DNA of 64,000 nt from Sporopachydermia quercuum (lineage: Eukaryota). The position numbers were made by a program, and so were the translations under genes. The notes below the pieces were generated by a model that was given only the letters and a program-made list of their open reading frames with translations, was not told the DNA's origin and searched no databases. Shown piece after piece: positions 1 through 10,926 of the stretch (its first letter is position 1; each line of letters starts with the position of its first letter). The DNA is taken from contig BCGN01000005.1 of the NCBI GenBank assembly GCA_001599295.1, positions 496,001-560,000 of the forward strand, in the 5' to 3' direction.

Positions 1-1739
1 CAAGAAATATCTTAAAGATGATATTCTCTGGGATTAGGTGGACCTTGAATGATAATCTTCTTAATGAACTGGTAATTGAGAATGCTCGTAACAGTTTGCT
101 AGTTTACAAACTGAAATATATTGCACCAGACTGTAATAAAGGATCATTCAGTCCCATTCTGAGGCAATCTATCACTGATCCTTATGAATCAAGAATCAGT
201 ATCAATCTATGCACTAACCCTGTTCAATACATTTCATTTCATGGAATTGCACCTTATGTTCCATTCTTTGATCCTGAAGTTGTTCCTAATGACATTCTGT
301 TGCAACTTTGGAGTGATAACTATTTTGAGAATAGTGATACGGAACTCACAAAAAGTAGCAATGGCGATAAACAACTGCAAAAACATACTGACAATAACGA
401 GCAATATGCAATTATCTCAGTTGACATCTGGAGAAGTATGGGAAGCCTTGTTATGAGATATAGACTACTATTTGTCTCTATTCCCGTGTCAATTGTTGCC
501 CTTGTTTTACTGATTCAATTTCACATCTACAGTTGTACCAAGGAGTTCATCTCGTTCTTTGACGGAATGGTTTTATTCATTAGAAATTATCTACAGTTTA
601 TAATAGTCCTGATTGCATTCCTACCATCAATTCTCTCAAACAAAACGATAAAATCATTGTTGTACTTTTTGGATCCTTCATCAAACCAATCATTACAACA
701 ATTGCTACTACTGTCCTCAGATTTAACTGTAAACGAGTTTTTTCTCGGTACTGAAGATACTTCATTATGGTTTGTCGGCACGATTATTTATCTACTTGGT
801 GTAGGTTTGGTTATCATTATCGAAAGGTTAATGACGTTAGTGGCAGAGATTGCTTCAAGTATATTGTTACTGGTGTATCGTGGTGTACTGAAGACAAATA
901 CTAAAAGAAGGAAACAAAAGATAGCAAAATTTGATTTGGAATTTAGACCAAACTCGAACAAAGCCTCAGTTTTTGATAGTAGAAGAAGAACAGTTACATC
1001 GATATTATTGTTTGCTGCTGTGATCTTCTGGGTTCCTTACCAGTTCGCATACACAGTGGGTTGTGGTGTTTTGGTTGTTACATATATTCGACTTCTAATT
1101 TCAGCCAAAGCTCAAAAAGGATCAACAAAAACCTCCAGTGCTTCACAGAATGTACCAATAGGCACTCCTGAGAGTATTGCATCTAACTTCAAGAACTATT
1201 TATTTTCTATCCTATTGATAATGTTGTGGATTCTACCTGTAAATATCCCCGTTCTAATAGTTTGGATTCATAACTTGTCAATGAGATGGAGAACACCATT
1301 TTCTTCTCACCATAACTTTTTATCGGTTGTTGCAATCATAACCCTAGTTGAAAGAATCGCATCTGGCTCTATGATCCCTAGTGCGTCCATGGCATCACAA
1401 CGATTCTTTACAGAAGTAGCATTATTATACATCTCGTTCTATTCTTTGATATATGGTTGTGAACATGCCTACTGGCTTCATCATTTGCTTAACTTTTTCT
1501 TTACTTGGTTACTTGTGATTTATATCGAAGAAGGTGTTAAGCCTGGTATTGACAACGATATAGAAATGGATAACAATGAAGTTGATGTCAATGGAATTAA
1601 TGAGAAGAATAAGAATAAGAATAGGGGTATGGCACCTGTTGGGCATTATATTGGTGTTGATCTCAACAATAGTAGTAATGGTGGGGGTATCGTGAAATGT
1701 AGTAACACTACGCATGATGATAGAAATTCTGATATTTAA
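1..1739 (+). CDS. BST1: GPI inositol-deacylase (PGAP1/Bst1), C-terminal multi-TM part; 5' end lies outside the window
   Basis: Frame is open from the window edge. Bst1-like motifs FHGIAPYVPF, LVMRYR, VPYQFAY, WILPVNIPVLIVWIHNL, TPFSSHHNFLS and YWLHHL. Convergent with STE2, as in S. cerevisiae. Confidence 0.9.
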   Translation, partial: RNILKMIFSGIRWTLNDNLLNELVIENARNSLLVYKLKYIAPDCNKGSFSPILRQSITDPYESRISINLCTNPVQYISFHGIAPYVPFFDPEVVPNDILLQLWSDNYFENSDTELTKSSNGDKQLQKHTDNNEQYAIISVDIWRSMGSLVMRYRLLFVSIPVSIVALVLLIQFHIYSCTKEFISFFDGMVLFIRNYLQFIIVLIAFLPSILSNKTIKSLLYFLDPSSNQSLQQLLLLSSDLTVNEFFLGTEDTSLWFVGTIIYLLGVGLVIIIERLMTLVAEIASSILLLVYRGVLKTNTKRRKQKIAKFDLEFRPNSNKASVFDSRRRTVTSILLFAAVIFWVPYQFAYTVGCGVLVVTYIRLLISAKAQKGSTKTSSASQNVPIGTPESIASNFKNYLFSILLIMLWILPVNIPVLIVWIHNLSMRWRTPFSSHHNFLSVVAIITLVERIASGSMIPSASMASQRFFTEVALLYISFYSLIYGCEHAYWLHHLLNFFFTWLLVIYIEEGVKPGIDNDIEMDNNEVDVNGINEKNKNKNRGMAPVGHYIGVDLNNSSNGGGIVKCSNTTHDDRNSDI

Positions 1740-2155
1740 TATAATTGCATAATTCAGTCTCTTTTCTTTTTGGAACTTTACTATTTCTTGGGTTCGATGA
1801 TGCTAATCAGCCATTGTTATTATAATAATGATTAGTGTATAATGTATAATGCTATAAGACAAATTTGATTAATTTGAATGGAACGAAAGAAGAAAAAATG
1901 TATTACATTAAGTACATGAATACTTTGTAGATATTAATCAACTTCATTCCTTGTGCAATCAGAAATCACTATCTAGCACTGGGCATTTTATTCACCAATT
2001 GAATTCACATAAAACTCTTGTTCACTAAATCAAAACTTATATGTATATAAAACATATACATAATATATACTATACCTATCAATATAAAGCGTATCTTGTA
2101 AAATTAAACTATCAGCTATTCAAATTTCCCAGAAGCAACCAATCAAGACATCCAT

Positions 2156-3379
2156 TCAATCATGTTCGTTATCCTCCATTTTCTTCTGGTGAACTGTTTT
2201 AAACACAATGTCGCTATTAATATCATCGTTATCAGATATTGAAATTTCGTTTTCTCTTTCAATATTAGTACGCCACTGTTGATTCTTTTCTATATCTTCT
2301 GAATTTGTTTCATTCAACTCTTGAGCTGGTTTATTCTTTTTACTTCTAAATCTTGGAAACAATAAAAATTGAGAGGAACCTTTGGAAGACAGGGTGCCCG
2401 GACTATTATCGTGTTCATAGTCAACACTCCAATTATCAGCAGAAGGTTTCTGAAATCCGTTAGATGTAGGATTCGAAGAGTTATTGCCTGAAGATGCCCA
2501 CATAGAAGCCAAAGGAAGTGATAATACTACGAAGAGTACTGAAATTGCAGTAAAACCTTCAGGACCTTGGTTTGGTAAACAATAATTAATCAGCACTAGA
2601 ACACCAGGAATAATCATTGTTTGAGTAGACATAATGAATAAAATATGGAAAGAGTCAAACTTTCTTAATCCTAAATATCTTCTTGATCTAATAGCCAAAA
2701 GAAGTTTAGTATTAAGAATTATTGACTGAAGTAGAATCGACACAGCGAATAGAATAATAGGTACTAGTCCAGCCCATGAAGGAATGATAGTACCCTGGTA
2801 TAGGGTGAGAATCTGAGAGATAGCAGCATATAAGTAGAAACCAATGACAATTGCTCCCATTAGTATACTAATTGCCTGAACAAAATAGCCAACTTTTAAA
2901 ACTTCTGGAGATTGAAAAATAACTCTCACTTGGAAAATCATTGATGCCTCAATAGAAGCAATGAGCAGAACTTGCATAACCGTAGTAACGCTAGTGGTAA
3001 CTAGATCACCCTCAGTTACATCATAAAAGAATCCAGTGAAATGATTACTAACACTTGAGAATGGACCAGTACAATAACTGATATATAATCCTGAATGGAT
3101 AATCATCAATATTAGAGATAATTGATTGAGAATAAAAGTTGGTGTGGTACGCCGTTTAATACATAGAATTAAAACAATACTTGTTAGACATCCCGCACCA
3201 ATTCTGACAGCCATGATAATTGCCAGTTGCACAGTTTTGATTGCAAACTTATCTATTTCACTCAACGGTACTTCATATTGAAACCCATCAACTGATGTTA
3301 TATTCACCAGTTGATCAGCTCCCGGATTGTAATTTTCGGGGAATCCAAGCGTAGGGTCACGGTTATCTATGGCATCCAT
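2156..3379 (-). CDS. STE2: Alpha-factor pheromone receptor (class D GPCR)
   Basis: Seven hydrophobic segments. Ste2 motifs TPTFILNQLSL, LIASIEASMIFQVRVIF, KLLLAIRSRRYLGLRKFDSFHILFIMSTQTMIIP and LSLPLASMWA. Confidence 0.97.
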   Translation of the reverse strand: MDAIDNRDPTLGFPENYNPGADQLVNITSVDGFQYEVPLSEIDKFAIKTVQLAIIMAVRIGAGCLTSIVLILCIKRRTTPTFILNQLSLILMIIHSGLYISYCTGPFSSVSNHFTGFFYDVTEGDLVTTSVTTVMQVLLIASIEASMIFQVRVIFQSPEVLKVGYFVQAISILMGAIVIGFYLYAAISQILTLYQGTIIPSWAGLVPIILFAVSILLQSIILNTKLLLAIRSRRYLGLRKFDSFHILFIMSTQTMIIPGVLVLINYCLPNQGPEGFTAISVLFVVLSLPLASMWASSGNNSSNPTSNGFQKPSADNWSVDYEHDNSPGTLSSKGSSQFLLFPRFRSKKNKPAQELNETNSEDIEKNQQWRTNIERENEISISDNDDINSDIVFKTVHQKKMEDNEHD

Positions 3380-3764
3380 TTTCCTTTTCCTGCCAATTTG
3401 AATTTATTTGTGAATGTGTGTCTGTGTGATCAGTAGGTTCAATTGAATAAATCAAATACCTATAANATCTTTTTGCTTTGAAATATGTAAAGCCAACAAG
3501 ATATTAACAATAAAATCTGTTGCTTTGTATGTAGTAGAGTTAATGTGTTAAATAATTGATACCTTCATGAGTTCGAGAATTACAAGTTAATCAAACGGCT
3601 TCCAAATGGTTTATAAGCTATTTCAAAATGGCTGCCAAAGAGTACAAAAACTACCAAAATGTTTTAGAATCAATTCTGTTTCTTCTAATGTAAAATCTAT
3701 ATCACATTATCTATAAACATTGATTTCTGAAACTTACAGCTCTTGAACGCTTGCTTGAGATGTT

Positions 3765-3787
3765 CATTGTTTAGGCTTGATTAGGAA
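3765..3787 (-). promoter_or_regulatory. Putative a-specific-gene operator (a2 site CATTGTT + Mcm1 site) upstream of STE2
   Basis: CATTGTT-tagg-CTTGATTAGG-AA, ~390 bp upstream of the STE2 ATG. Same architecture as the sites upstream of the a-factor genes. A PRE TGAAACA lies at 3933-3939. Confidence 0.7.
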
Positions 3788-4594
3788 GGTGAAGAAATAT
3801 GTAATTAATTTAAGGTTAACTAAACTTTAACCTTAACTAAAGATTAATTTGAAAGTTAGACATCAATTTGTAGCTTTGAGGAAACATACTGTAGATAAGA
3901 GATTATGGTTACTGCGTTTATTGGGCTGAGATTGAAACAAATTGATATTGTTTTGTACGGTGAATGTTTGCTTTCCTAATGATTTGAGTATTGTCAATTG
4001 AGTGAACTTTATGCATACATAATAATTCAGGAGGCATCGCGAATAAGGTTTGGAAAAGACTAGTAAACGATTTTCTTTCTTACAATTGGTGAGGCAAAGG
4101 TCATGTTTCTATGTAGGTATTATTACAGTGATAGTATGTATATACACTTTGTTATTTTATTAGATATGGTTGTTTTCTAATGGTAGCAATAAGTACTCTT
4201 ACTAGAGATTTTTAACACTGCGTTGTATTCTTTTCTGCTTACTCTCAACGTTACTAGATTTCATCCTCAATATAATTAGATAAGTAACATTTAATTATTT
4301 ATATTAGAAAATAATTTCTGAGTTCGCCATAAGTTTATGGCTTTATCGTTGAAAAATTGACGGAGAAGAATGGTTGAAATCATTCACTCACGGTCGACTT
4401 AGCGTTTATTTCGAACCAGGAAAGATTACCCAGTCAGTTAAAAACATGACAAATTTATGTTGTAGCCAGTAGCAATACTTATAAGCTGAAAATAATGGTG
4501 TATTTGATATTTATCATCAAATAAGTAATAGTACTTAAGTAGCAAATTAGTAACATTTACGATAAATTACATTTTTATTTCCACATCCTTATGA

Positions 4595-4666
4595 TGAGTC
4601 AGAAACTTATTGTAACAACCAGCTATGCCATTACTTATTACTAAACCACGTGACCTTTCACGTGAC
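4595..4666. promoter_or_regulatory. Gcn4/AP-1 site plus tandem Cbf1 (CDEI-type) sites
   Basis: TGAGTCA at 4595-4601; CACGTGAC at 4647-4654 and 4659-4666; (TA)n run near 4710. Confidence 0.45.
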
Positions 4667-4890
4667 ACAGTGGCATTTCACATCTATCTATATTTCTATT
4701 TGTACCTTTTATATATATATATACTATTTACTTCGCTGATTATTTACTCTCATTCTTCTCTTTCTAATTAATAAGAAGAAGAAGGAGAAGAAGGAAAAAG
4801 AGTAAGAATTCTAATACAATTCTTCAATTTTTCTTAAAATTCATTTTATTTTACTGAATGATGTATGATCAGACAGTAACATATATAGAA

Positions 4891-4973
4891 GATGCGGTGG
4901 CTCAATGGTAGAGCTTTCGACTCCAGGTTAAGTTGTCATCGAAGGGTTGCAGGTTCAATTCCTGTCCGTGTCA
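4891..4973 (+). tRNA. tRNA-Trp(CCA) with 11-nt intron (4927-4937)
   Basis: Acceptor stem GATGCGG/CCGTGTC, A-box TGGCTCAATGG, anticodon arm TTCGA-CT-CCA...TCGAA, T-loop GGTTCAATTCC, then a poly-T Pol III terminator. Closely resembles yeast tRNA-Trp. Confidence 0.95.
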
Positions 4974-5387
4974 TTTTTTTTTTCATTTTTATTTTTACTA
5001 TCATACTCTACCGAAACCTTTCATATTTTGTTTGAATCTTTTCAAGTAATCATTTACTTTGAAAGAGTAGTCAATTTTCGGTTCTGTTTCGAAGAACTAA
5101 GTTTAAATGGATTCACTCTATCGCTTACTTTTCTTGGAAGCTAGAATATGGGCAAAAGGTACATCAGGCAAAGTTAGAGGAAAAAACATTTTACTGAATT
5201 ACACACATGTGAGCACGTGTTAGCACTAAAAATACAGATATTACATTCCCAAGCATTCATTTGGAATTTGGAAGACAGTCAGAGTAGCTTGCATAATCAT
5301 AAACCATTACATTTTTGTTCCACTTCTATGTGAAAGGAAAAGCCCATAGTAACTTAAATTATTCTCTTACATTGAACATTATCTCAA

Positions 5388-5482
5388 TTTCCTAAATAAG
5401 CAAGTAAGATCTGCAAGGGAATTTCGAACTGCTATCTATTCAAATGAATGAATTTCAATGTTTCAATGTTTCAATTGTTTGA
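5388..5482 (+). promoter_or_regulatory. Mcm1-like site and tandem pheromone response elements upstream of the lipase
   Basis: TTTCCTAAATAAGCAA at 5388-5403. TGTTTCA (reverse complement of TGAAACA) at 5459-5465 and 5467-5473, followed by a near match TGTTTGA. Confidence 0.55.
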
Positions 5483-5692
5483 CAGTTGAATATTTATCAC
5501 ATTTATAGGTTCCATGGCCTCATATTCAAGTTTCCTTCTAGCAGCAAACATGTCAAAGGAGACATTTCAAACGAGCGGTACTCCCATTTATATCATGGGA
5601 AAGGAGAGCGAAATTGACCTGGAAGAAGAGAAAAAAAGACGCACTTTGAAGTGATAAGAAAGATAACTCCGTGAAGCACATTAATCAAAAGG

Positions 5693-6796
5693 ATGCAAAT
5701 TAAAAAGGTTTTAGTATGGACTACATTAACTTGTAATATATCGCTAGCAGCACCTTTGAATCCAATCGACAAAATCAAAAAATGGTTTAATCCTGGAAAC
5801 TTTGAAAGGAGTACCTCCAGTAATTATATCTCACAACCATTATACGAACAGTTCTTGGACGTCGCGCACTTAACATCGATTAGCTATTGTATTGGGAATG
5901 ATACTTGGCTCAAACAAGGAAGCTTAAACTGTCCTAAGATCTGTACAAAGTTACCACATGTAGAAGTGGTATCGGTTGTTGAGCAGGTTCTGGGGGAATT
6001 ATCATGCGCAAACTATATAGCCGTTGACCACTCAGCAAATCCAGGTAGAGTATACGTAGTATTTAGAGGTACAGGTTCTTTTATTGATACTATTACTGAC
6101 TTGCGAGTGAAAATGTCAACATATGAAGTATCAAGCAAAGAAGATGAACAACTTGATCGATGTGAAGGTTGCAAGGTTCATACTGGTTTCCTAAAATCAA
6201 GTATACATGCAGTATCTTCAATCAACAGTACAATACACAAGATAATAACTGACTATCCTAAATATGAAATAATAGTATCAGGACATTCATTGGGTGCGGC
6301 AGTTGCCTTGCTGGTCGGTATTCAACTGAAGGTAATGAACTATAACACTAATGTCTTAACTTTCGGTGGACCTAAGATCGGCAACAGTGAATTTTCTCAA
6401 TGGGTTGACAAGTCAGTATTCATAAAGAAGGAGACAATGAATAGTATTGTAAACAATCACTCTCTCAAAGGATTTGTTAGAATGTCACATAAAAACGATT
6501 TCATTACAACGTTACCTCCAAATCCATATCAGCCATGTGGAGTGGAAATACGTATTACCAGCGATCACTTGCCTCAAACTCTAAACGATATTTCAATCGT
6601 AGATAGTTCTTCTCAACTAGAAGCAAACAAGATATTTAATGGAGTCAAATCCTCAGGTAACAAAACAATAAAACTACCTGATCAAAGACCAGATGTTCCT
6701 AATACAACGATCTATTTATTGGGGATTGCTCATCAAGAGTACTTGATAGCTATGGATCAATGCATATTGATATCTCAGGTTGATTCGTTCATTTAG
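5693..6796 (+). CDS. Secreted class-3 lipase/esterase (fungal Lipase_3 family)
   Basis: Signal-peptide-like N-terminus (...NISLA-APL), VVFRGTGS, CEGCKVHTGF, nucleophile elbow GHSLG, TFGGPKIGN, HKNDFITTLPP (Asp) and AHQEY (His). Confidence 0.92.
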   Translation: MQIKKVLVWTTLTCNISLAAPLNPIDKIKKWFNPGNFERSTSSNYISQPLYEQFLDVAHLTSISYCIGNDTWLKQGSLNCPKICTKLPHVEVVSVVEQVLGELSCANYIAVDHSANPGRVYVVFRGTGSFIDTITDLRVKMSTYEVSSKEDEQLDRCEGCKVHTGFLKSSIHAVSSINSTIHKIITDYPKYEIIVSGHSLGAAVALLVGIQLKVMNYNTNVLTFGGPKIGNSEFSQWVDKSVFIKKETMNSIVNNHSLKGFVRMSHKNDFITTLPPNPYQPCGVEIRITSDHLPQTLNDISIVDSSSQLEANKIFNGVKSSGNKTIKLPDQRPDVPNTTIYLLGIAHQEYLIAMDQCILISQVDSFI

Positions 6797-7485
6797 TTTA
6801 TATAGTTAGTCGAAAGTAGTTTATCGTTTCAATAATCTTTTTCTGACAGAAAAATTTATTCTTAAAAATTACTAATAAACACTTGAACCATTAAAATAAC
6901 GGGGCAGAATCCAATTAATTATTCAACGCCAAGTAAACATAAACAACTTATTTCATAATCTATCTGCAAGTACATGCAAGAATATCCTAATTTTCACTTG
7001 TCTCTCAAACACCCTCCGGTCTTTCAAGGNTATGGGATGTCTGAGTGTCCGATAAAAGGGGTAAGACTCAGCTTATGAGAAGACAGGTATAGGCGATAAA
7101 TAGTACAGAAGTATACGACCTGTAAGGAACGAATAAGAGTGAACTAAACGGCGATAAGAATCAATTGTGTAATTCTGTGACGAGAAAAAAGTTGAATGCT
7201 TTTTGTTCAAAAGAAGTTTATTTTGGAGTAACTTGACGCTCGTTGGATAAATTGTCCTATAGGAGAAATTGATTGCTGTGTTGAATAGATTTCCTTGACT
7301 CTTTCAGGCTTTCTGATAAGTCTATATTGACACTGACATTGTTGCATTCCGAAGACGAGAACTATCTCTTGGACAAAACAATCCTATATTCAACTGAACA
7401 GACTACACACATTTTGAATCATTTACTGTTATAATATTGCTGTTATTATCAAACTGTCACACGAACTAATTTATTCTCAAACGCG

Positions 7486-8730
7486 ATGGCTCAACAATTG
7501 GTAGAAGATGAGATTACAAAATACTGGGAAATCTTCAACGGATTAGGCCCAGTAGATGGAAAACTTTCTGGAGCAAGGTTATCAGTTGTGATGAAGAATT
7601 CGCAACTTGGAGATGCACAATTAGGCAAAATTTGGGATTTGTCAGACATTGACTCTGATGGATCGCTGGATTTTGAAGAATTCTGTGTTGCTATGAGATT
7701 GATGTATGATTTGGTTAATGGTAGCATAGATGCAGTTCCGGATTCTTTACCTAAATGGCTGATTCCAAGTTCCAAAGCATATATTTTGCAAGCAAATCAA
7801 GCTGTTGAAACAGGTGATGATGCTATTTTAGGGCAAAATGGGGAATATGACGACGATGAATCGGATGAGCTCTCGAATGATTTCGATTGGTATATATCAC
7901 CCAATGATAAACTGAATTACGATGCAGTTTATTCCGCCAACTGTGATAGACTTGGTTCAGTTAAATACAATAGTTTAACTAATTTTTATCTAAACCTCAT
8001 TAACATTCCCACATCTGATATCAGAGCAGCATGGAAACTGGTCAACCCTAAAGACGAGATTTCAATCGATAAGAACCAATGCGAGGTATTTTTACATATT
8101 TTATCTCAAAGAAATGAAGGTAAAAAGATACCTTCAAGAGTTCCAGCTAGCTTGAGAGCGACTTTTGAAAAAGACAATATTAACTATAGTTTGGATCATC
8201 AACGAACGGCAAGCAGACCAGAAATCAATAAACGTGGTTCGGTTTCTGCTAATAAATCTTCGTTGGCTAATTTCTATGCATCTACAATAAGAAAACAAAG
8301 CACGGAGGTCTCTCCTGAAGGAACTGATTTTTCAGCCACCCAAGATACTGATTGGGAAGAGGTTAGATTGAAGCGGCAATTGGCGGATTTGGAGGAAAAG
8401 ATAAGGAAAACCGAGGAAGTGTTTGACCGTAAAAAGAAGTTGCGAGAGAATAGAGAGAATGGAATTTTAACCAATTCATCATCAACAGCAGCATTAATTA
8501 GAAGAGAATTTGAACAGGTATTAGAATATAAGCAAAAGAAATTAGATGAAGTAAAAAGAGGGTCAAAGAATGCTACATTGTCTCAATTATCCATTGATGA
8601 TGTCCGATCAGAAATTGAAACTATTGAATCCCATATAGCTTCATTAGAAGACCATCTCGAGTCACGTAGAAAAGAGCTGGATGGATATATAGTCAAGATA
8701 AAGGAAGCTAAGTCTGGAATTCGTACTTGA
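7486..8730 (+). CDS. END3: EH-domain endocytosis/actin protein End3
   Basis: KYWEIF, IWDLSDIDSDGSLDFEEFC (EH/EF-hand), FDWYISP, VPASLRATF and GTDFSATQDTDWEEVRLKRQL; C-terminal coiled coil. Confidence 0.95.
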   Translation: MAQQLVEDEITKYWEIFNGLGPVDGKLSGARLSVVMKNSQLGDAQLGKIWDLSDIDSDGSLDFEEFCVAMRLMYDLVNGSIDAVPDSLPKWLIPSSKAYILQANQAVETGDDAILGQNGEYDDDESDELSNDFDWYISPNDKLNYDAVYSANCDRLGSVKYNSLTNFYLNLINIPTSDIRAAWKLVNPKDEISIDKNQCEVFLHILSQRNEGKKIPSRVPASLRATFEKDNINYSLDHQRTASRPEINKRGSVSANKSSLANFYASTIRKQSTEVSPEGTDFSATQDTDWEEVRLKRQLADLEEKIRKTEEVFDRKKKLRENRENGILTNSSSTAALIRREFEQVLEYKQKKLDEVKRGSKNATLSQLSIDDVRSEIETIESHIASLEDHLESRRKELDGYIVKIKEAKSGIRT

Positions 8731-9354
8731 TGATGAGTTCTCTTTTCAAATACTATAACAATAATATAGTACATTATTCCATTTACTTCTCATAGATTTA
8801 TCTTTGGTTGGAGTCAGGTGTGACATCATATTCCCATCACTAGGGAAATAGCTATGTAGGTCCATACAACTTTCCGGATATCTAAATCTCATATAGAAAA
8901 TGCACAACTAATATTGAAAGATATTTATATAATGAATAAACAGAAGGACAATGATGATGACAATGGTGACTATTATTATGTTAACTCTTGGACTTGATTG
9001 CTAAAAATGATTGATTTTCTCTATGACAACTGAGGAATTGACTTTTTTCATCACAGTAATAAATGAAAAAATGCTGAAAGTGATTCTTTATAATAACCAA
9101 AAAAAAAACTTAATAAATAAACACAAGAATAAATCTAAACTGACAGAAAGAAGCAAGTGCATTTCAATAAAACAAAAAAGAAAGCAGACCACAGCAGGTC
9201 GTTAACCTCTCTATGGTATTTTAACAATCAAATGCAGAGCCCGATACCCAATAGACCCATTTGTATGAGCATGAGATAGATGATTAGTGAAACATTAGAG
9301 AACAACAATGTCAGGATGAAGAAAATAAAACCTATTACAACAAGCTCATCGTTT

Positions 9355-10221
9355 TCATTTCTTTTGTTCACCTTCGGTTTCAGGTTCTGGTGGAGGTGTA
9401 GGTAGTTTGAAAGACTCAGGAGCATCATCTCTACCAGGACCAAGAGGTTCCCATGAAGTAGAGCCAGCTGCAAAAACTCTGTATGCTTGGGTTAATTCTA
9501 ATGGTTCATATACGATTCTCTTCTTTTCTTCGTCATATCTAACTTCAGTATAACCAGTACAAGGGAAATCCTTTCGAAGAGGATGACCTTCGAAACCGTA
9601 ATCTGTCATAATTCTTCTCAAATCAGGATGTCCCTCGAAGAAAACACCGAACATATCATAAGTTTCTCTCTCGTACCAATTGGCACCAAAAAACATATTT
9701 GCAAGAGATGGTACAGGACTGGTTTCACTAGCATACGTCTTAACTCTTACTCTGGCATTGTATCTCACAGACAAGAAGTTATACACAACTTCAAATCTAT
9801 TTTCTTTAGTGGGAAAGTCAACACCAGTAATGTCCATAACCGATTTGAATTGACAGGCAGTATGGTCTTTCAAAAATGTACATAGAGGTATAATACCATT
9901 TGGTCCAGTGTAAATACATAATTCATCTTTCCAAACGGAGAACTTTTGAACATACTTTGGTAGGCATGACATAATGTATTTACCAAATTTGTGTAATTCT
10001 TCGACATGCTCGATGAATTGATCAGCTGGGTTCACGATAGGTTCCTGAATTTCACCAACTTTTTTTCGTGGTAAAGTACTTAAATCTAATAGCTCTTCTT
10101 CTTTGACATTCTTAGTGCTGGAAAAAGATCTAACAACTTGTGCCAATGGTTTAGCTGATCTGTAGGCCAATGGTCTTTGGACATTTCTCATTCCACTCGT
10201 TCGTATTGTTCGGCCCAACAT
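9355..10221 (-). CDS. NDUFS3: Mitochondrial complex I 30 kDa subunit (NDUFS3/NUGM/NuoC)
   Basis: Arg/Ser-rich presequence; RFEVVYNFLS and ANWYERETYDMFGVFFEGHPDLRRIMTDYGFEGHPLRKDFP. Confidence 0.96.
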   Translation of the reverse strand: MLGRTIRTSGMRNVQRPLAYRSAKPLAQVVRSFSSTKNVKEEELLDLSTLPRKKVGEIQEPIVNPADQFIEHVEELHKFGKYIMSCLPKYVQKFSVWKDELCIYTGPNGIIPLCTFLKDHTACQFKSVMDITGVDFPTKENRFEVVYNFLSVRYNARVRVKTYASETSPVPSLANMFFGANWYERETYDMFGVFFEGHPDLRRIMTDYGFEGHPLRKDFPCTGYTEVRYDEEKKRIVYEPLELTQAYRVFAAGSTSWEPLGPGRDDAPESFKLPTPPPEPETEGEQKK

Positions 10222-10926
10222 GTTATATAATTCCCTATTCTAATATATTCTCCAATTTATCAACAAATAAACGACACTCAGCTCCTTGGATAACGATGTT
10301 TTGATCACCACAGTAAAATATGATGCTGGGACGAAATCCTCCTTGCGATAACAACTTGCACTATCACAGAATATCTTAAAAAAGAGAACACTAACGAATA
10401 TCCTATCAGTTAAAAAAGATATGCCGACACAACTGTTCAATTTGAACTTCTTCCGACGGTTGATAATTCCTATATATCTCTACTACAAAAACATTAATTG
10501 CTCTATGTATTGTCTAATAGATGAAACCAAATTTCACCGTAAGTAAGCATAATAAGCATTATAATCCTCTCCTATATGATAAATGCTCCATAATACATTT
10601 TGCTTTATTGTTATTGGTTCTGGGATTACAGACAAAAGAGTATGAGGAATAAACGAGGGGCTTACGCAAGATAAAGTGTATGGGTGTTACACATAATATC
10701 TCATTATAATAATTAATGTATCAGAGGGAGACGTGAGCTTGTTAGCTCGAAGAAGTGAAGCAATAATCAGAATTAAATGAAAGAGAAGAAGCCTATACAG
10801 TGCTCCGTAAACAATTTGATATATAAGAGGTAAGAGAATACATTAGGGGAATAAATAATATTAATTATCTAATTATTGTAATATGACTAGTATGTAATGT
10901 AGTGGTAGTAATGGAGACTAAAAAGG

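Noticed and set aside
4647..4860. Point centromere (CDEI-like CACGTGAC followed by AT-rich DNA)
   Set aside because: No CDEIII-like TTCCGAA at a suitable distance on either strand, and the lineage clues argue against Saccharomycetaceae.
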